A program made the position numbers and the translations under genes. A stretch of 64,000 nt of DNA, taken from positions 2,956,778 through 3,020,777 of the forward strand of contig NC_134030.1 of assembly GCF_964204645.1 (NCBI RefSeq), in the 5' to 3' direction. The notes under the pieces were generated by a model, which saw nothing but the letters and a program-made list of their open reading frames with translations, was not told the origin of the DNA and searched no databases. Below are positions 12,494 through 25,225 of this stretch, piece by piece (position 1 is the first letter of the stretch; every line of letters starts with the position of its first letter). The DNA comes from Tubulanus polymorphus (taxonomy: Eukaryota > Animalia > Nemertea).

Positions 12494-15400
12494 ATGTTCA
12501 CGGTAGCTGTGTTAGTCGTCGCGGGTAAGTTCCGATTTCATCAGATGAAAATTGTCACAGATCAGTACAATTTGTGGTCTTTTTATCGGTTTTACTGGTC
12601 TTCAATTTGGTGACATTATTGCTGTCGATGTTTTTAGATTTAAAAAAACCCATTCGTTCATCAAAGCTTTTGATTAAGTTAGTTTTACTTTTCTCTGTTT
12701 TTTTTTTATCGCGTTAAGCTATATTTCATATGGATTTTAGGCTTAATAAATTATCATCATTTTCATCATTGTCGTTAACGATTGTTATTATCGTTTTCTA
12801 TAAGGTTAATACAATGTAAGGTTTATACAAGTTTATATGCTTATCGCTTCAATGTTTCTAATATTCTATCAATTTCTTTTCGTTCAGCTTTTGTCGCACA
12901 AAATATTGTCGTCGCACAGGTAATGATTAAAACATAGAATTATAGCTTTTTTCCGTGAATCCATTTTTATTTCGAGACGAATCTTCGATTCTCGCCTTTT
13001 ATATGCACTTCTTTTCTTGCAGAAATGCGACCCTAAATTCAGTACTGTGACCTCAACTCATACCGCCTGCAAGCAATTTAATTATAACCTTAAAACAAGA
13101 GGTAATTGATAAATACAATTATTTACATCCATGTCACCCAGACCGGAAAATTCTATAAAGATTATAACAACTTCTGTTAATTTCAGGTGTATCCAAAAGT
13201 TCACAAACCGAAATTGAAAATCTCCACAATAAACTCCGTGCAACAGTTTCTCAATACGACCAACCAGCGGCCACAAATATGCTTAAACTGGTATTTAAAA
13301 ATAACATACGAAAAAATAGATATTTTTCGTATTTTGTATCGGTGTAAAAACCAGTATATACTTCTTATTCTATGCTAATAAATTTCAGTACTGGGATGAT
13401 GAAATCGCTATGATCGCTCAGAAACAGGCCGACTCATGTGTGTACGGACACGACCAAAACATCCAACGTAACATTCCAGGTATAAGTTAACATCCATGGT
13501 CCCCAGTTCCACAGTTATCACATCATCATCCTCAATATCACGGACGGATGGAGGCCTGGTAGAGGCTATTGGTGTCGGGCTCGTTTGGTGATTCGGTTTA
13601 GATGACAGGTTCTTTGTGGATTCTCTGAAATTAAATTAGTTCATTCTCAATCTGTTAACTCTGACTCAGAACCAGTAACGATAATAGCAGATAATAAACA
13701 ATTTTCGTACATAAACATATAATGAAATAATTCTTGTTCTTGTATAAAAGTTTATCAATCAAATGATAATTTCTGGGCCCCAAACTCACGGGAATACCGT
13801 TCTAATGTAGATCTCTCGAAACGTTTCGGTGATTTCGTTTCTACAGAGGTTCACCTAGAACTGGATGCACATTTGAATATGTTTTTATTGCAGTCGCATT
13901 TTACTGTATTTCTATAATTTTCTGTTTATATTTCAGGACGCTTGACTCTCGGGCAAAACATCGCAACCGGACAGAGAAGCTGGAAAGAAGCAATCATGGA
14001 CTGGTTTTTGGAAGTCCACGATTACAAATACGGCGTCGGAAAGAAATCCGAATATAAAATTGTGAATGGTGCACGAGTTAAGGTCATGGTTGGACATTAC
14101 ACACAGGTAAATGACTCGATCCTTGCGACGACGTAATGTGCTTCGTGATTACATATAACGAATAGAATTATTGGTTTCGCGCTTTTCATCAAAGATATCT
14201 CTTGTAATAGCAATGATACATTTTTTCTTAATCTCATGGTTTTCAGATTGTGTGGGCTAAAACATCGCGAATCGGTTGCGGTTACGCATACTGCCCCAGT
14301 CTGCCTTATAAACATCACTATGTGTGTAATTACGGACCAGGGTAAACATCATTATATTTACTTATAGATACCTATATTCCTAGTGGTAAAATCCCACAAT
14401 AAATGAAGAAATGTCTAAAAGATTTTTTGAAATATTGGAAATATTTTGCCGGTTACCACCACCCTTCTTCAGTCTAAAATGGTAGGGTGATAATAACCGC
14501 CCGAAATATTTTTAATATTTTAATGAACATTTTAGACATTTTTGCATTTATTTTACTCGTTTTATCACCGATATTGCGGAGCGCTGTGTAGCACTGCCAG
14601 ATCATCTGTTTGGGGACTGGCAGCGCTGTTTGGGGACTTGCAGCAACGAACTGTTTTTGTCACTGCGTTCAAACAATATCAATGAGTGATTGAGGTTCAC
14701 CAAGCGTGGATTTTCAATTTTCGAATCGCTGCTGGTCCGCCCAGAACTGTAGTCCACAATGAACACAGTGTGACATTTCAAGCCACTGATCCGATACTTC
14801 AGTGGTGCATGAGTCGTTGGAGTTCACCATCAGTCCATTTTGTCCGGTCTAGAAGCTCCACCACATCTGTTAAGTGCAGGGTTGACCAAACACAAACTGT
14901 AATTGTTCTAGTCACTGCTCTACAGCCACACGAAGTGTAGAGTTATCCTACTGCGACTGGTTCCATCACAACTGTGGATGGGACAAGCGTGGACCATTCG
15001 TGTAGGCCCACTGAGCGCAGCAAGGGCCGGGTTGATGTGAAATTTGCAACGCTGAAACCACGTCATGTCAAACGACACAGAAAGAACAAAATGCAATATA
15101 AACAAACATAAAATACTAACATTGTGGATTTTTATATAACTGAATATATTGCGACTAAATTTATTTCGATATGATACTAAGCGTTGCACAATGCAGTTTC
15201 CAGAATCTTCATAGAAAACCAAGTCTGCAAACAATTTTTTTGAAACGGATCTCGTGAATGTTTCAGAGGCAATGTTGGCAAACAGAAGCCGTACGAAATC
15301 GGTGGTAGTCAGGCATCAGCTTGCCCAAGTACCCGAGCGGATGGTCTCTGTGGTACGTTTTTGCTTAATCTCGTTACAATTTGTTAATAAGTTAAAATCA

Positions 15401-17658
15401 TTAAGCGGTAATCGAGGTATTAATTTTTCATATCTTTCTTTAAGATTGTAAAAACAAGATATGTTTGAATCTGGGAACTATGAATCCCAATACGTGTCAG
15501 TGTTCGTGCGTGGCAAGTTTCCATCGTAAATCCGATTGCGGGTGTAAGTATCATTCGACTCCCAGTGAAGATCTCTCTGAATAATGGCACTAACAGTGGA
15601 ACCTCCTTATTATAACGAACTCGGATAAAACGATTCATCGGATATTACAAATATCGACTTTCTTCCCAAGTGAGAAAATTCAATCAATTTATATAATAAA
15701 TTCATTATCATATGAAAATGATGATTTTTCTGGTCCCGGGATGTTCGTTGTAACGAGAGTCCGCTGTATTTCACATGTTTTTCTCGAATTTTGATCCGAT
15801 CCTGTTCCCGTGATGTAACTATCTATTTCTTTAACTTTATGTATACAATTTCAGTGGAATGTAACAAAGCTCGGGATACAGGCGCCTGTGCGACGAAAGG
15901 AGGACCGTTCCCTGCTCGCTATTGTAAAACTGTCGGAAATGTACCAGTAGAGTATTGTCCAGTGATGTGTAAACAATGTCCAGGTATCTACAGAAAACAC
16001 TGTCACCAAAAACTATCATTCTCACGCTAATAACAATATTGCGATATTGCATATACATTTCACTAAGTAAATCCCTTATTATTTACAATTCGATACAATG
16101 TGCCCGTGAAACAGAAAATAGAAGCAATACAGAATTGGCTTAAGTGATTCTTGAAAGGTCATCCTCGCTTGCCAGGGGTCCAGTATCACTCCCGAACTCG
16201 CTTCCACCAGCCCCCTGGCCTCACGAAGCGTGATTTCATTACTGGCGCTGTTGCGCGTGACGTCATATATCGATTTGCGAAATACTTCCTTGTTCGGTCG
16301 GTAAAACGTTCGCTGATTGGTCAATTTAACGGGAAAACCAACAGAAGTCTACTGACGGTTTGTTACAAGCGCTGTGATTGGTACGACCGGATTCTGGTCG
16401 GCTAGTAACGACTCCAACGACTCGTGAGGTCAAGGGGTTCGGGGAACAGCTTTAGCGTAGTGGGTTCGAATCCCTTGACGGGTGAAGATGTGAAAGGTCA
16501 ACGCTAGGGCCTTTTAAAGAGTCGAGATATTTAAAAATCGGTTTTTATTTCTTCCTTAGGTGGTGATATCAGCAAACAAATCGAAGGTGGCGCCAGTGCT
16601 CCGAGTAGCGGTGGCAATAGTGGAAACCAGGGTGGAAACAGCGGTGGAAACAGTGGTGGAAACAGTGGTGGAAACAGCGGTGGAAACAATGGTGGAAACA
16701 ATGGTGGTTCCGTCGTACCATCTGGAAGTAAGCATTGAAAGTACCAAATAAGCGGCTAAAAAGGCCCATTTTAATTATAACCACGTCGATGATTTAACAC
16801 CCGGGACCCAGTTCCACAGTTGTGAGTTAGAGTTAACTCTGAGTTAAAGTTAGTTCATTTTCAATGTTTTAACCCAGGGTCAAATCTTAACTCAGAACTG
16901 TGGAACTGGGTCCTGTTATGTATTTATTTTGATTATGATGATAATATGTATGTAAATTACCAGTGTAAATGAACTCGATGTTTCTTATTTGTTTGTTTTT
17001 CGTAGATGTTTGCCCATCGCCCGATCCTACTATATGCGGCCTCACTGATAGACCAGGCGGTCACTATCCGAAATCATACTGCTCCCATGGATTTATGAAA
17101 AGTCGATGCCCCGCAATGTGTGGAGTCTGTAACGGTAAGTTTAAGCGCAAATGTACTTACGAGATTTAACTGAAAAAAAATGCTCAAAACTGTTGAACTT
17201 GAAATGAAATCGAATGAAATGAAATCTGTGTGTATTGTTCCAGCTCCATCGTGTCTTGATCGCTTTGGCGGTCAAAAGAATCTGGGAAGTACTTGGATCT
17301 CTATTTCTAGTCAGTTCACTTGTACGGAACGGGGCTACGTTGAATCGAAAGGTACGTGATATAATACGATATACCCCCGGACCAACTCGGCCGGAAACTT
17401 GGTCCGACGAGTGAAGTCCGAGTCAAATACGTAAGATTTTTGATGGAAACCTCCTAAAGCTAGTCTATGAAACTTGTCCGGATATGTTTTCAGTCCCAAC
17501 CCGCAATCCAATGTAGCATCATTACTCAATTCTTTTCACCAACAGGTTGCGTAGTTTATGGACAATTCCTCGGAGACAACCAGACGCGAAAGATACATGG
17601 AAAAGATTGTACCTGTCATGGACACGGATCGTCCAGTTGTTCGTGGAGCTTCAAATAA
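12494..17658 (+). CDS. Secreted CAP/SCP (CRISP, Mr30-like) protein, 477 aa: CAP, hinge, EGF-like, ShKT, Gly/Asn/Ser linker, ShKT, two small Cys modules
   Basis: 14 phase-consistent exons: 12494-12524, 12888-12919, 13023-13101, 13187-13290, 13389-13479, 13937-14106, 14247-14341, 15267-15352, 15445-15543, 15855-15983, 16560-16727, 17006-17134, 17244-17351, 17546-17658. Motifs HNKLR, PAATNMLKLYWDDEIA, GQNIA, GHYTQIVWAKTSRIGCG, YVCNYGPGGN; ShKT endings CPVMCKQC and CPAMCGVC; AATAAA about 17713. Confidence 0.93.
13520..13625 (-). mobile_element. LINE 3'-end fragment with (GAT)n tail, inserted in a Harbinger-type MITE
   Basis: Reverse complement GACACCAATAGCCTCTACCAGGCCTCCATCCGTC...GATGATG matches 61133-61190 on +. 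Confidence 0.6.
14383..14570. mobile_element. Inverted duplication of a Penelope-like 3' end with degenerate hammerhead core
   Basis: Imperfect foldback arms of about 85 bp. Minus strand CTGAAGA-A-GGGTGGT-GGTA-ACC; plus arm GGGTGAT-AATA-ACCGCCC-GAAATATT. Confidence 0.5.
15592..15768. mobile_element. Tc1/pogo-type MITE
   Basis: CAGTGGAACCTC...GTTCGTTGTAACGAGAGTCCGCTG|TA; related copy at 38303-38462. Confidence 0.7.
16804..16913. mobile_element. PIF/Harbinger-like MITE
   Basis: TIRs GGACCCAGTTCCACAGTT / AACTGTGGAACTGGGTCC. Relatives at about 894, 13498-13680, 27724, 29166-29240, 30792-30910, 37627, 44496-44650, 51955-52065, 61194-61332. Confidence 0.75.
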
Positions 17659-18138
17659 TTATTTTGATATTGCATTAACACTCAATCAATCGATTATAGA
17701 ATGTGCTTAAACAATAAATTTCGTGGCTCCAATAATTCATCGTGTATTCAATTACTTTAAATGTTGTGACTTACGTACATCCTCCATTAAGCATCAGGGC
17801 CACTCGTTCAAACCCAGTAATTGGTGATACTGATTCAGAGTGGTTCTGATGCTGAATAGAGAATGTACAGGGGTGTCCCAGGTTCAAACCCAGTAATTAC
17901 TGATACTGATTCAAAGTGGTCCTGATGCTGAATGGAGTTATTTAAAATCAGTTGAGAATGAAAACATGAATACATTACACCTACAAATTCACTCACACTC
18001 TGGAGAGCGTAAGGTTAACTAATTAATCTTACTTATTACAAGAAAACTAAAAACATTGCCAAATTTTCCTTGTCTTAAAGAGATTTCTTCAAACATTATC
18101 AACTAGCTTATTTCACAAATGTTACATTTGAAATAAAG

Positions 18139-18389
18139 CAGGGTCTGATGTAAGCACTAGTTCAATTGCCCGGGACAAGTATATTTTCATTAGGGCAAGT
18201 AGGTTATCATTATCGCTCATCCACCGGGCTTGTGTAATTCTATATCTCAAAGCTTTTATCCCACTCGATGCAAGGGATGATTGTGTCACAATCGGACTGC
18301 TCATGTAGGGCACGTTGAGGGGGCAAGCGATATTACATATTATGCTTGCCCTGCGATCGAATGGCATTTATTCCTTAGATCAAACCCTG
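18139..18389. mobile_element. CAGGG-terminated non-autonomous DNA transposon (hAT-like)
   Basis: CAGGGTCTGAT...AGATCAAACCCTG; inverted homologue at 28208-28469 in RABAC1 intron 2. Confidence 0.65.
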
Positions 18390-20361
18390 CAAACTATTAT
18401 AAAGGAAATTCTTCTTGTCCAGACATTACAGGCCCCACACAGACGCGGTTAAACCGATAATCAAAACAAAGCTTGGACGATTGACCAATTAGCACTGCAT
18501 CCACAAGTTATCCTCTATATTCAAAAGGGCCTTAATTAAATCAGTATTTTATGAACGACTGATAAGCACCAAAGTGAAATTGTTGCTATAAAACTTAACA
18601 ACTGAAAAGGTTCAACATGAATGATGAAAATGTACATTGTTTTATTCACACAACAATAATATCTTAATCGAGGAATCATCATGTAAGTTCCTAATTTACA
18701 AACACGTGAATCGATTACAATAACAGTCTCTAACATAAAGCATTAAAACTAGAGATGAAACATACTGATTCACTCCAGAAATCTTGGAGTATCAATTTAT
18801 CATTCTTAATTTCTTTTTCGTAAACATTACTTTCACTAGAATTTTGCCAAATTTGCCCCGACTTAAAGATTTTCAAGCACCTTGGCATTAAATACTAACT
18901 ATTCTGACGTTTTTTCTTCCAGTTTCGAAAACATCAACATAATTATACAATCGGTAACTAATCGATAACATCAATAACTTAAGTTTATAGCTGTTTTAAA
19001 TTCTTTCTAAAAAGTAAAATGTATGTACATGATTTTAGATAGTAAGTCTGCCTCATAAGTCTACCCCAGTATCAACAACTATTTTCATACTCCATTCCAC
19101 GCAATCAGGTAAATTTTTTAAACTATGTTACCTATCAGACTGGTCTGAAAAAGGGTGATATTAGTAAAAAAATCAATACTTTACTACAGAGGTTTTTGCC
19201 GCTGCTAGATCTCAGTGTTCATGAGATAAACCATTGTCTTTGCTGCTTCGGCGTTTATCCTGAATCAGATTTTATAAGATAATCCATTGTCTTTGCTGCG
19301 CGAATCAGTGTTTATAAGATACACTATCATCTCTGCTGCTCCTGATAAAATGTTTTATAGAAATCAACCATCGATTGTAGAAGATTCCATCGTTGAGTGA
19401 TTAATCCGTAGCTGGCTCCTAAACTTCTCATCTGGGCTTCTGCAGTTTTCATCAGCAAATGGGTCAATGGGTATTTGTCTACTAGTGTCTTCTTCAGGCC
19501 ATTATTTCCGGGATGTAGTTTGACTGAAACAAAGTGAAGAAAGCAAAACATTTTAGACAGATTTATCATAACTTACATGTCATTTCAAATTACAAGCCAC
19601 CGTGTTTTTCACTTAGTTAATATAGTTATTTCCAAAATCAGAATTAGGTTCATTGACGTCAATTGCCGATTTAAACCCCAATAAATAATTGCAGTAGTAG
19701 GACTAGTTCATTAATGTTTAAGCTTGGAGTAATCATTTGAAAAATTTATTACTCCAAGGTGCAAGACTAGTAAAGATAAAAGTTCTAAGATCAGCCATGT
19801 GGACAGGTAAATAGATTTCGATGATAATCACTTATCAAATGATATTCATATGAGGCCTGAAATTTCTATATACCGGTAATTTCCATCTGAGTTTGATTCT
19901 TCTGTGGGTTGTTCAAATCCGTAGATTTCAGATGAGTAGTTGATTTTAAGCTGGTCTCTTTCTTATAGTTGAAACTTAGCTGCAATGAGTAAATAAATAT
20001 ATCCTGTAATCACGACATTTAGAAATCATCGTAATAACTCCATGTATATCAAGTTACCTTTTATGATTGCTGGTTTCATCATCGACGAGGATCTCCTAAG
20101 TCGGTTGGTTTCTGTGCACTGTTTTCTCTAATTGTCAGATTTTTGATGAGTTGTGGACCTCAAGCTCTTGTTTGACTTTTCGAGTTGGTGACCCTTACAA
20201 ACCTACCACACCTGGCGGGAGCGATACGGCGGTTTTTTTCAAAATCGGAAATCGAAGTACAGATATAGTTGCGTGATCGGCGGTCGTTTTTACAGATCTT
20301 TTTTTTTTAAGTCCAAGAACATAATCGGTAATTCGGTTCCGGTTAATTCAAACAATCTTTT

Positions 20362-21075
20362 ATTCTGCCTAATTCTGATTTTGGAAATAACTATATTGTT
20401 GAAGATAATTTTACAATATTTGGTTTTTTTTTAATGTAACTAGTCCGAAAGTTTACAATGTTTAATAATTTTGTCTAACTTCAATTTTTTTGGTCGTTTT
20501 CACCGTTTAAATAGTCGAAGCACATATTAAGTGACTGATTGGGGTTAACTTTTTTTCTGCCTAATTTAATACATCGAGATTTAGGAAATAACTATATTTT
20601 ACAATATTTGGTCTTTTTTTCATGTAACTAGTCCGAAAGTTTACAAGGTGGGAGAATTTTGTCTAACTTTTTCTAATTTTTTAAAGTTTTTCTGCCTAAT
20701 TTAATACATCGAGACTTTGGAAATAACTATATTTTACAATATTTGGTCTTTTTTTCATGTAACTAGTCCGAAAGTTTACAAGGTTGAATAATTTTATCTA
20801 TATTTTTTCTGCCTAATTTAATACATCGAGACTTTGGAAATAACTATATTTTACGATATTTGGTCTTTTTTTCATGTAACTAGTCCGAAAGTTTACAAGG
20901 TGGGAGAATTTCGTCTAACTTGTTCTAATTTTTTAAAGTTTTTCTGCCTAATTTAATACATCGAGACTTTGGAAATAACTATATTTTACAATATTTGGTC
21001 TTTTTTTCATGTAACTAGTCCGAAAGTTTACAAGGTGGGAGAATTTTGTCTAACTTTATCTAATTTTTTAAAGTT
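20362..21075. repeat. Tandem repeat, unit about 120-135 bp, about 5 copies
   Basis: TTTTCTGCCTAATTTAATACATCGAGACTTTGGAAATAACTATATTTTACAATATTTGGTC...TAACTAGTCCGAAAGTTTACAAGG recurs at about 20362 (degenerate), 20552, 20688, 20805, 20939. Confidence 0.9.
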
Positions 21076-24000
21076 TATTGTCGTTTTTCTCGAGTATGTC
21101 TGAAATCGAAGTACATAATTGGGAAATTCGATTCCGGTTCATTCAAACTATCTTCCAATCAGTCTGAAACGGGCAAAAGAGCAGAACCTTTTGAGCAGAA
21201 AATCCTTTGGAATATCACTGATCATAATTATCATGTCAATTCATATATAAGATCAGCAACGTGGATCGATACGTAGATTTTAATAATAGTCTTAAATGAT
21301 ATTTATGAAATTCAACTCATATAGTAATTCATCTATATTCTAAATATCTAAGCAATGGTTGATTATTATAGTTTAACAACAATTCAACTAAAGCATCTAT
21401 AGTCATCTCTAGGAATACCAGAGTTACAACAAATTAAGTAATGCATAATCAATCTTATCAAATCGTTTTTGAACTGTTTTCTCTTCTATCTTCTTGGAAT
21501 TCTTGATGTGTCTTTTATTGAAACCCAGGCCCATCATACAGTGCAAACCTGCTAGTAATATTGGCCTATATATATTTCGATTGTCAGCTAAACCATATTC
21601 GTATTATCAAATTTACTTCATCGTCAGTTAATAAACTTAAGAGATGTTTTCTACCCACAGATGGCGACATCTCTACCCAGTGAATGGTATTCTAATCCAA
21701 TTCATTAATTCTAAATATTGTTCCTAATATATACAATGATTTTGTAATTATGATAATATAACTAACTGAAGAGTGAGTGCGCTGCCAGCATTGAGCACAC
21801 TGATCCTATAAGTAACATGGTTCTACAGATTTAAGAAACCTCGAATCGTTCCCACAACTCGGCAAATCCAGAATTCTGCAAAGCCTTAAAGATTCAATAA
21901 ATCCCACGCACAAGAGACAGAGTTAAAACATACCCAGTATTCTTTATATATCAACCAATATTGAATTATACTTATCAACCCCTATGGTTTAGATTTGAGC
22001 ACTTTTACCTTATATGAAGATGCTGAATTAGATACCTAATCTATAAGTTAATTGATAATGTCCTAGCTATAATTGAAATTGTCTCGGACAATATTTTATA
22101 TGGGGCTTGAAATTTCTACACGAGAAGAATTTCAGATCCGGTACGAATTTGAATTAATCACTATTTGAACTGCTAATTTTGCATCAGAGCTTTTGATACC
22201 TAGCTTAACTAACCCAGAATCCCCCAAAACCTAACTGATTCAACAGATCCCCCACACACACATGTGGCCCAGTTAGACGCAGATGACATTGCGCGATACA
22301 GTCGTCTCATCCACTGTGCAATTTTGAATAAGTTTCACTTATATTCATCACATTGAATTAATTTGAATTAAATTCTAGGTATCTAAGCGAACCATTAATT
22401 AGTAATCATACTAGCTATATTTTAATTGTCAGTTGAACAATATTTATATGGAGCCTGAAAATCTACATGAGTAGAATTTCAGATGTGGTGAATTCGTCAC
22501 TATTTGAATTCATCAGAAATTAAAGATAAAAAAGCATATTTTAAGTGGTAAATTAGAAATTCCTTTAGCCGAATGGCTATATAACTTTATTTCCCTTATA
22601 TAGTACACTGTGTATAAGGACCAAAAGACCTTGTTATGACCGGACCCCCCTGGTGCGGTGCGAGTCATGATGCTAGAAAATAGTTTGAAGGAGAGGGGTT
22701 AGTAAAAGAGAGCTATTAGCAAGAGGAATAAGACCTAAGTTTAGGATATCCTGTCAGAATAAGGCTTTCAATCTGACATACACAGTGGAATTGAAATATT
22801 CCCCCTTCCAAATCCAGGAATGTATTTGTGCACAGATTCGATCGGAAGTAAGTCTGCGTTAAATGATTTTGGCAATATGTATCAAAACTAATACAGCTGT
22901 GTGAAGACACCATAGGTTCACTTAGATACAGATAAATAAATGTGCTCAGATACACATGTATCAGCTACATTTTAAATGTCCATAGAATTAGAAATAATTT
23001 CACATAACAATTGAATTAACCTTAATCGATCTAAGTAATACGTTAATGAGTAATTCATCTTAGATTCTAATTTTCAGTTAAACTATATCTAATATGAGTC
23101 ACTTGACACACAGTATGGCTTTTAGATATTAATTGAATCAGTTAGGTTTGAGTAAATTTTGCCAATAATGAAAAGCATGGCTAGTCGTCGTAAACGCGGC
23201 AGTTGGCGATACAGAACTGATCAGTCAATGAGACTGATTCACTTATAGATGTGCTCAAATATAATATATATTTCAGCTATATTTCAATAAATATTTATGA
23301 TATAAAAAGTTTTTGATCTAACATCAAATATTGAATTCATCTTAATTGTGAATATCTAAGCCATTTTTCCTGGCTGTATGCTAATTGTCAGTCAAACAAC
23401 ATTTATCATGTGTCGCCCAAAACAAGACACAGTGTTTCAGGAATGAATTAAATCAATTAAAGCTTTGGTTTATTCTGGATTTATCAAAGTGTTGAGACCA
23501 AATCACTGTTTCATAAAGACCTGTAGTCCATAGTTTTCCCCATATAACACCAGATCTCGATAGAGCCCTAGACGCTATCTTATGAAATTCATAACTGTTA
23601 TGTGTGAGGCAGCACATAGTATATATTGTAAAGTATGGCCTCAATGGTAATAAATTTATCAATATATTATTTGTAAAGAAAAATCTATCAACCAACGATA
23701 AAGTTTAATTGATATATCTTTTAGTAAAAATTGTCCTATCTAGATCTTAATTGTCAGTTAAACAATAGTCATATGAGGCCTGAAATATCTACGGTACATT
23801 CGAAAAATTTCAAATGTCACATAAGATATTGAATTTACCTTAATTGTACGTACTTACAAAATCTTTTAATCAATAACTGACCAATCTACATTTTAATTAT
23901 CAGACCAAAGAATATTTAAAGGACCTCACTCAATCATTTTGTCTAATATTGTAAATATTCAAGCAATCATTGCCTAGCTATATTTCAATTTACTACCGGC

Positions 24001-24724
24001 CACAGAGCCTCAATAAAGTAGTGCGGAGATGGTGAGCTTGACCAGTGCCTATGCATTCTACCCCAGATATGAAAAATCAACTTAGCTTTATGTATGTATG
24101 TTTTCCTGTTGCCATGCAGGATGAGCCATGCAAGACTGCCAGGTTCGGTTGCGACAGGTCTTTGCGACAGGTGTTTGGTGGTACTTCAAGGTGGAGTCTT
24201 TTGTGGGCACTTCTGGTGGGCAGATTTTAGATGGGCCTTTCCGGATTAACCTGAAATGAGTGAAAGAACGATATTCTGTAGTTACACAATCCATTCCGTA
24301 TCACGCATCGTAATTTACATGTGTATCAACTTAACTTTCAATATTGCTGAGTTCAGTGTTCTTTTTTGGCATCGTCTTCGTTGTAGTCACCTTCAGCATC
24401 TTCTTCAACTTCTTGGGAGTCCTGAAATGAAAAAAAAGAGAAGAGCGATGAAAACCTGGTACGGAACAAAACTAATGTTCGAAAGCTTTTCAGCTCTCCA
24501 TCGCTGGTCACATGCCGAGAACACCAGACAATGAGCCAGCCAGGAATATACTGCCCTCTACACGCCCTCACACAGAACGCGAAAACCAGAATGACAACGC
24601 CTCACATTCCCCATCTTACTGCAGGATGTACTAGGCGACGTCAGTAACTGACAAACCTGTAAAATTGCACGAAACACAAATAGCACAGTACAACCAGCTT
24701 GACCGGGTTGAGATTCAGGATCTC

Positions 24725-25005
24725 AACTAGCACTCAAAAGCGTGACAAGAGACTTCATCCACTGACCGAGGTTGTCACAAGGACACAATGAAACTAGCAC
24801 TCACAAGCCGACAAGAGACTTCATCCACTGACCGGGGTTGTCACAAGGACACAATGAAAACTAGCACTCAAACTAGAAATCAAAGAGCGTGACAGTAGAA
24901 TCATCCATCAGCCGACTCAGAATACCAGAAACAAAGAGCGTGACAGTAGAATCATCCCTCATCCGGGCGGTCACAAGGACACAATGAATGCTAGTAGCGT
25001 GACAA
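24725..25005. repeat. Degenerate tandem repeat, unit about 69 bp
   Basis: ACTAGCACTCA...GTGACAAGAGACTTCATCCACTGACCG..GTTGTCACAAGGACACAATGAA, 3-4 copies with internal rearrangement. Confidence 0.75.
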
Positions 25006-25099
25006 TCCAGTATAACCGCTCCATTTGTATCCCGCGCAATCCCGCAGATATGCCCGTCATTGACATCACTCAGCACACTTTGTAGATAGGTGGGGGCAG

Positions 25100-25225
25100 T
25101 GAGGCCTCATCATCCTGGTTTTCATGTTCCGTATGAGGGCGTGTAGAGGGCAGAATTTCCTGACCGACTCTTTGTCTGACATCCTCGACACATGACCGGC
25201 GAAGGAGAGCTGACGCTTTCGGACA
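25100..25225 (-). mobile_element. RTE-clade LINE ORF2 C-terminal fragment
   Basis: RKRQLSFAGHVSRMSD resembles the RxRxLxWxGHVxRM motif downstream of the RT domain in RTE LINEs. Confidence 0.6.

Noticed and set aside
16556-16784. ORFs with VET, VST and CFHH repeats
   Set aside because: Shadows of the GGNS linker exon; splice phases select the Gly-rich frame.
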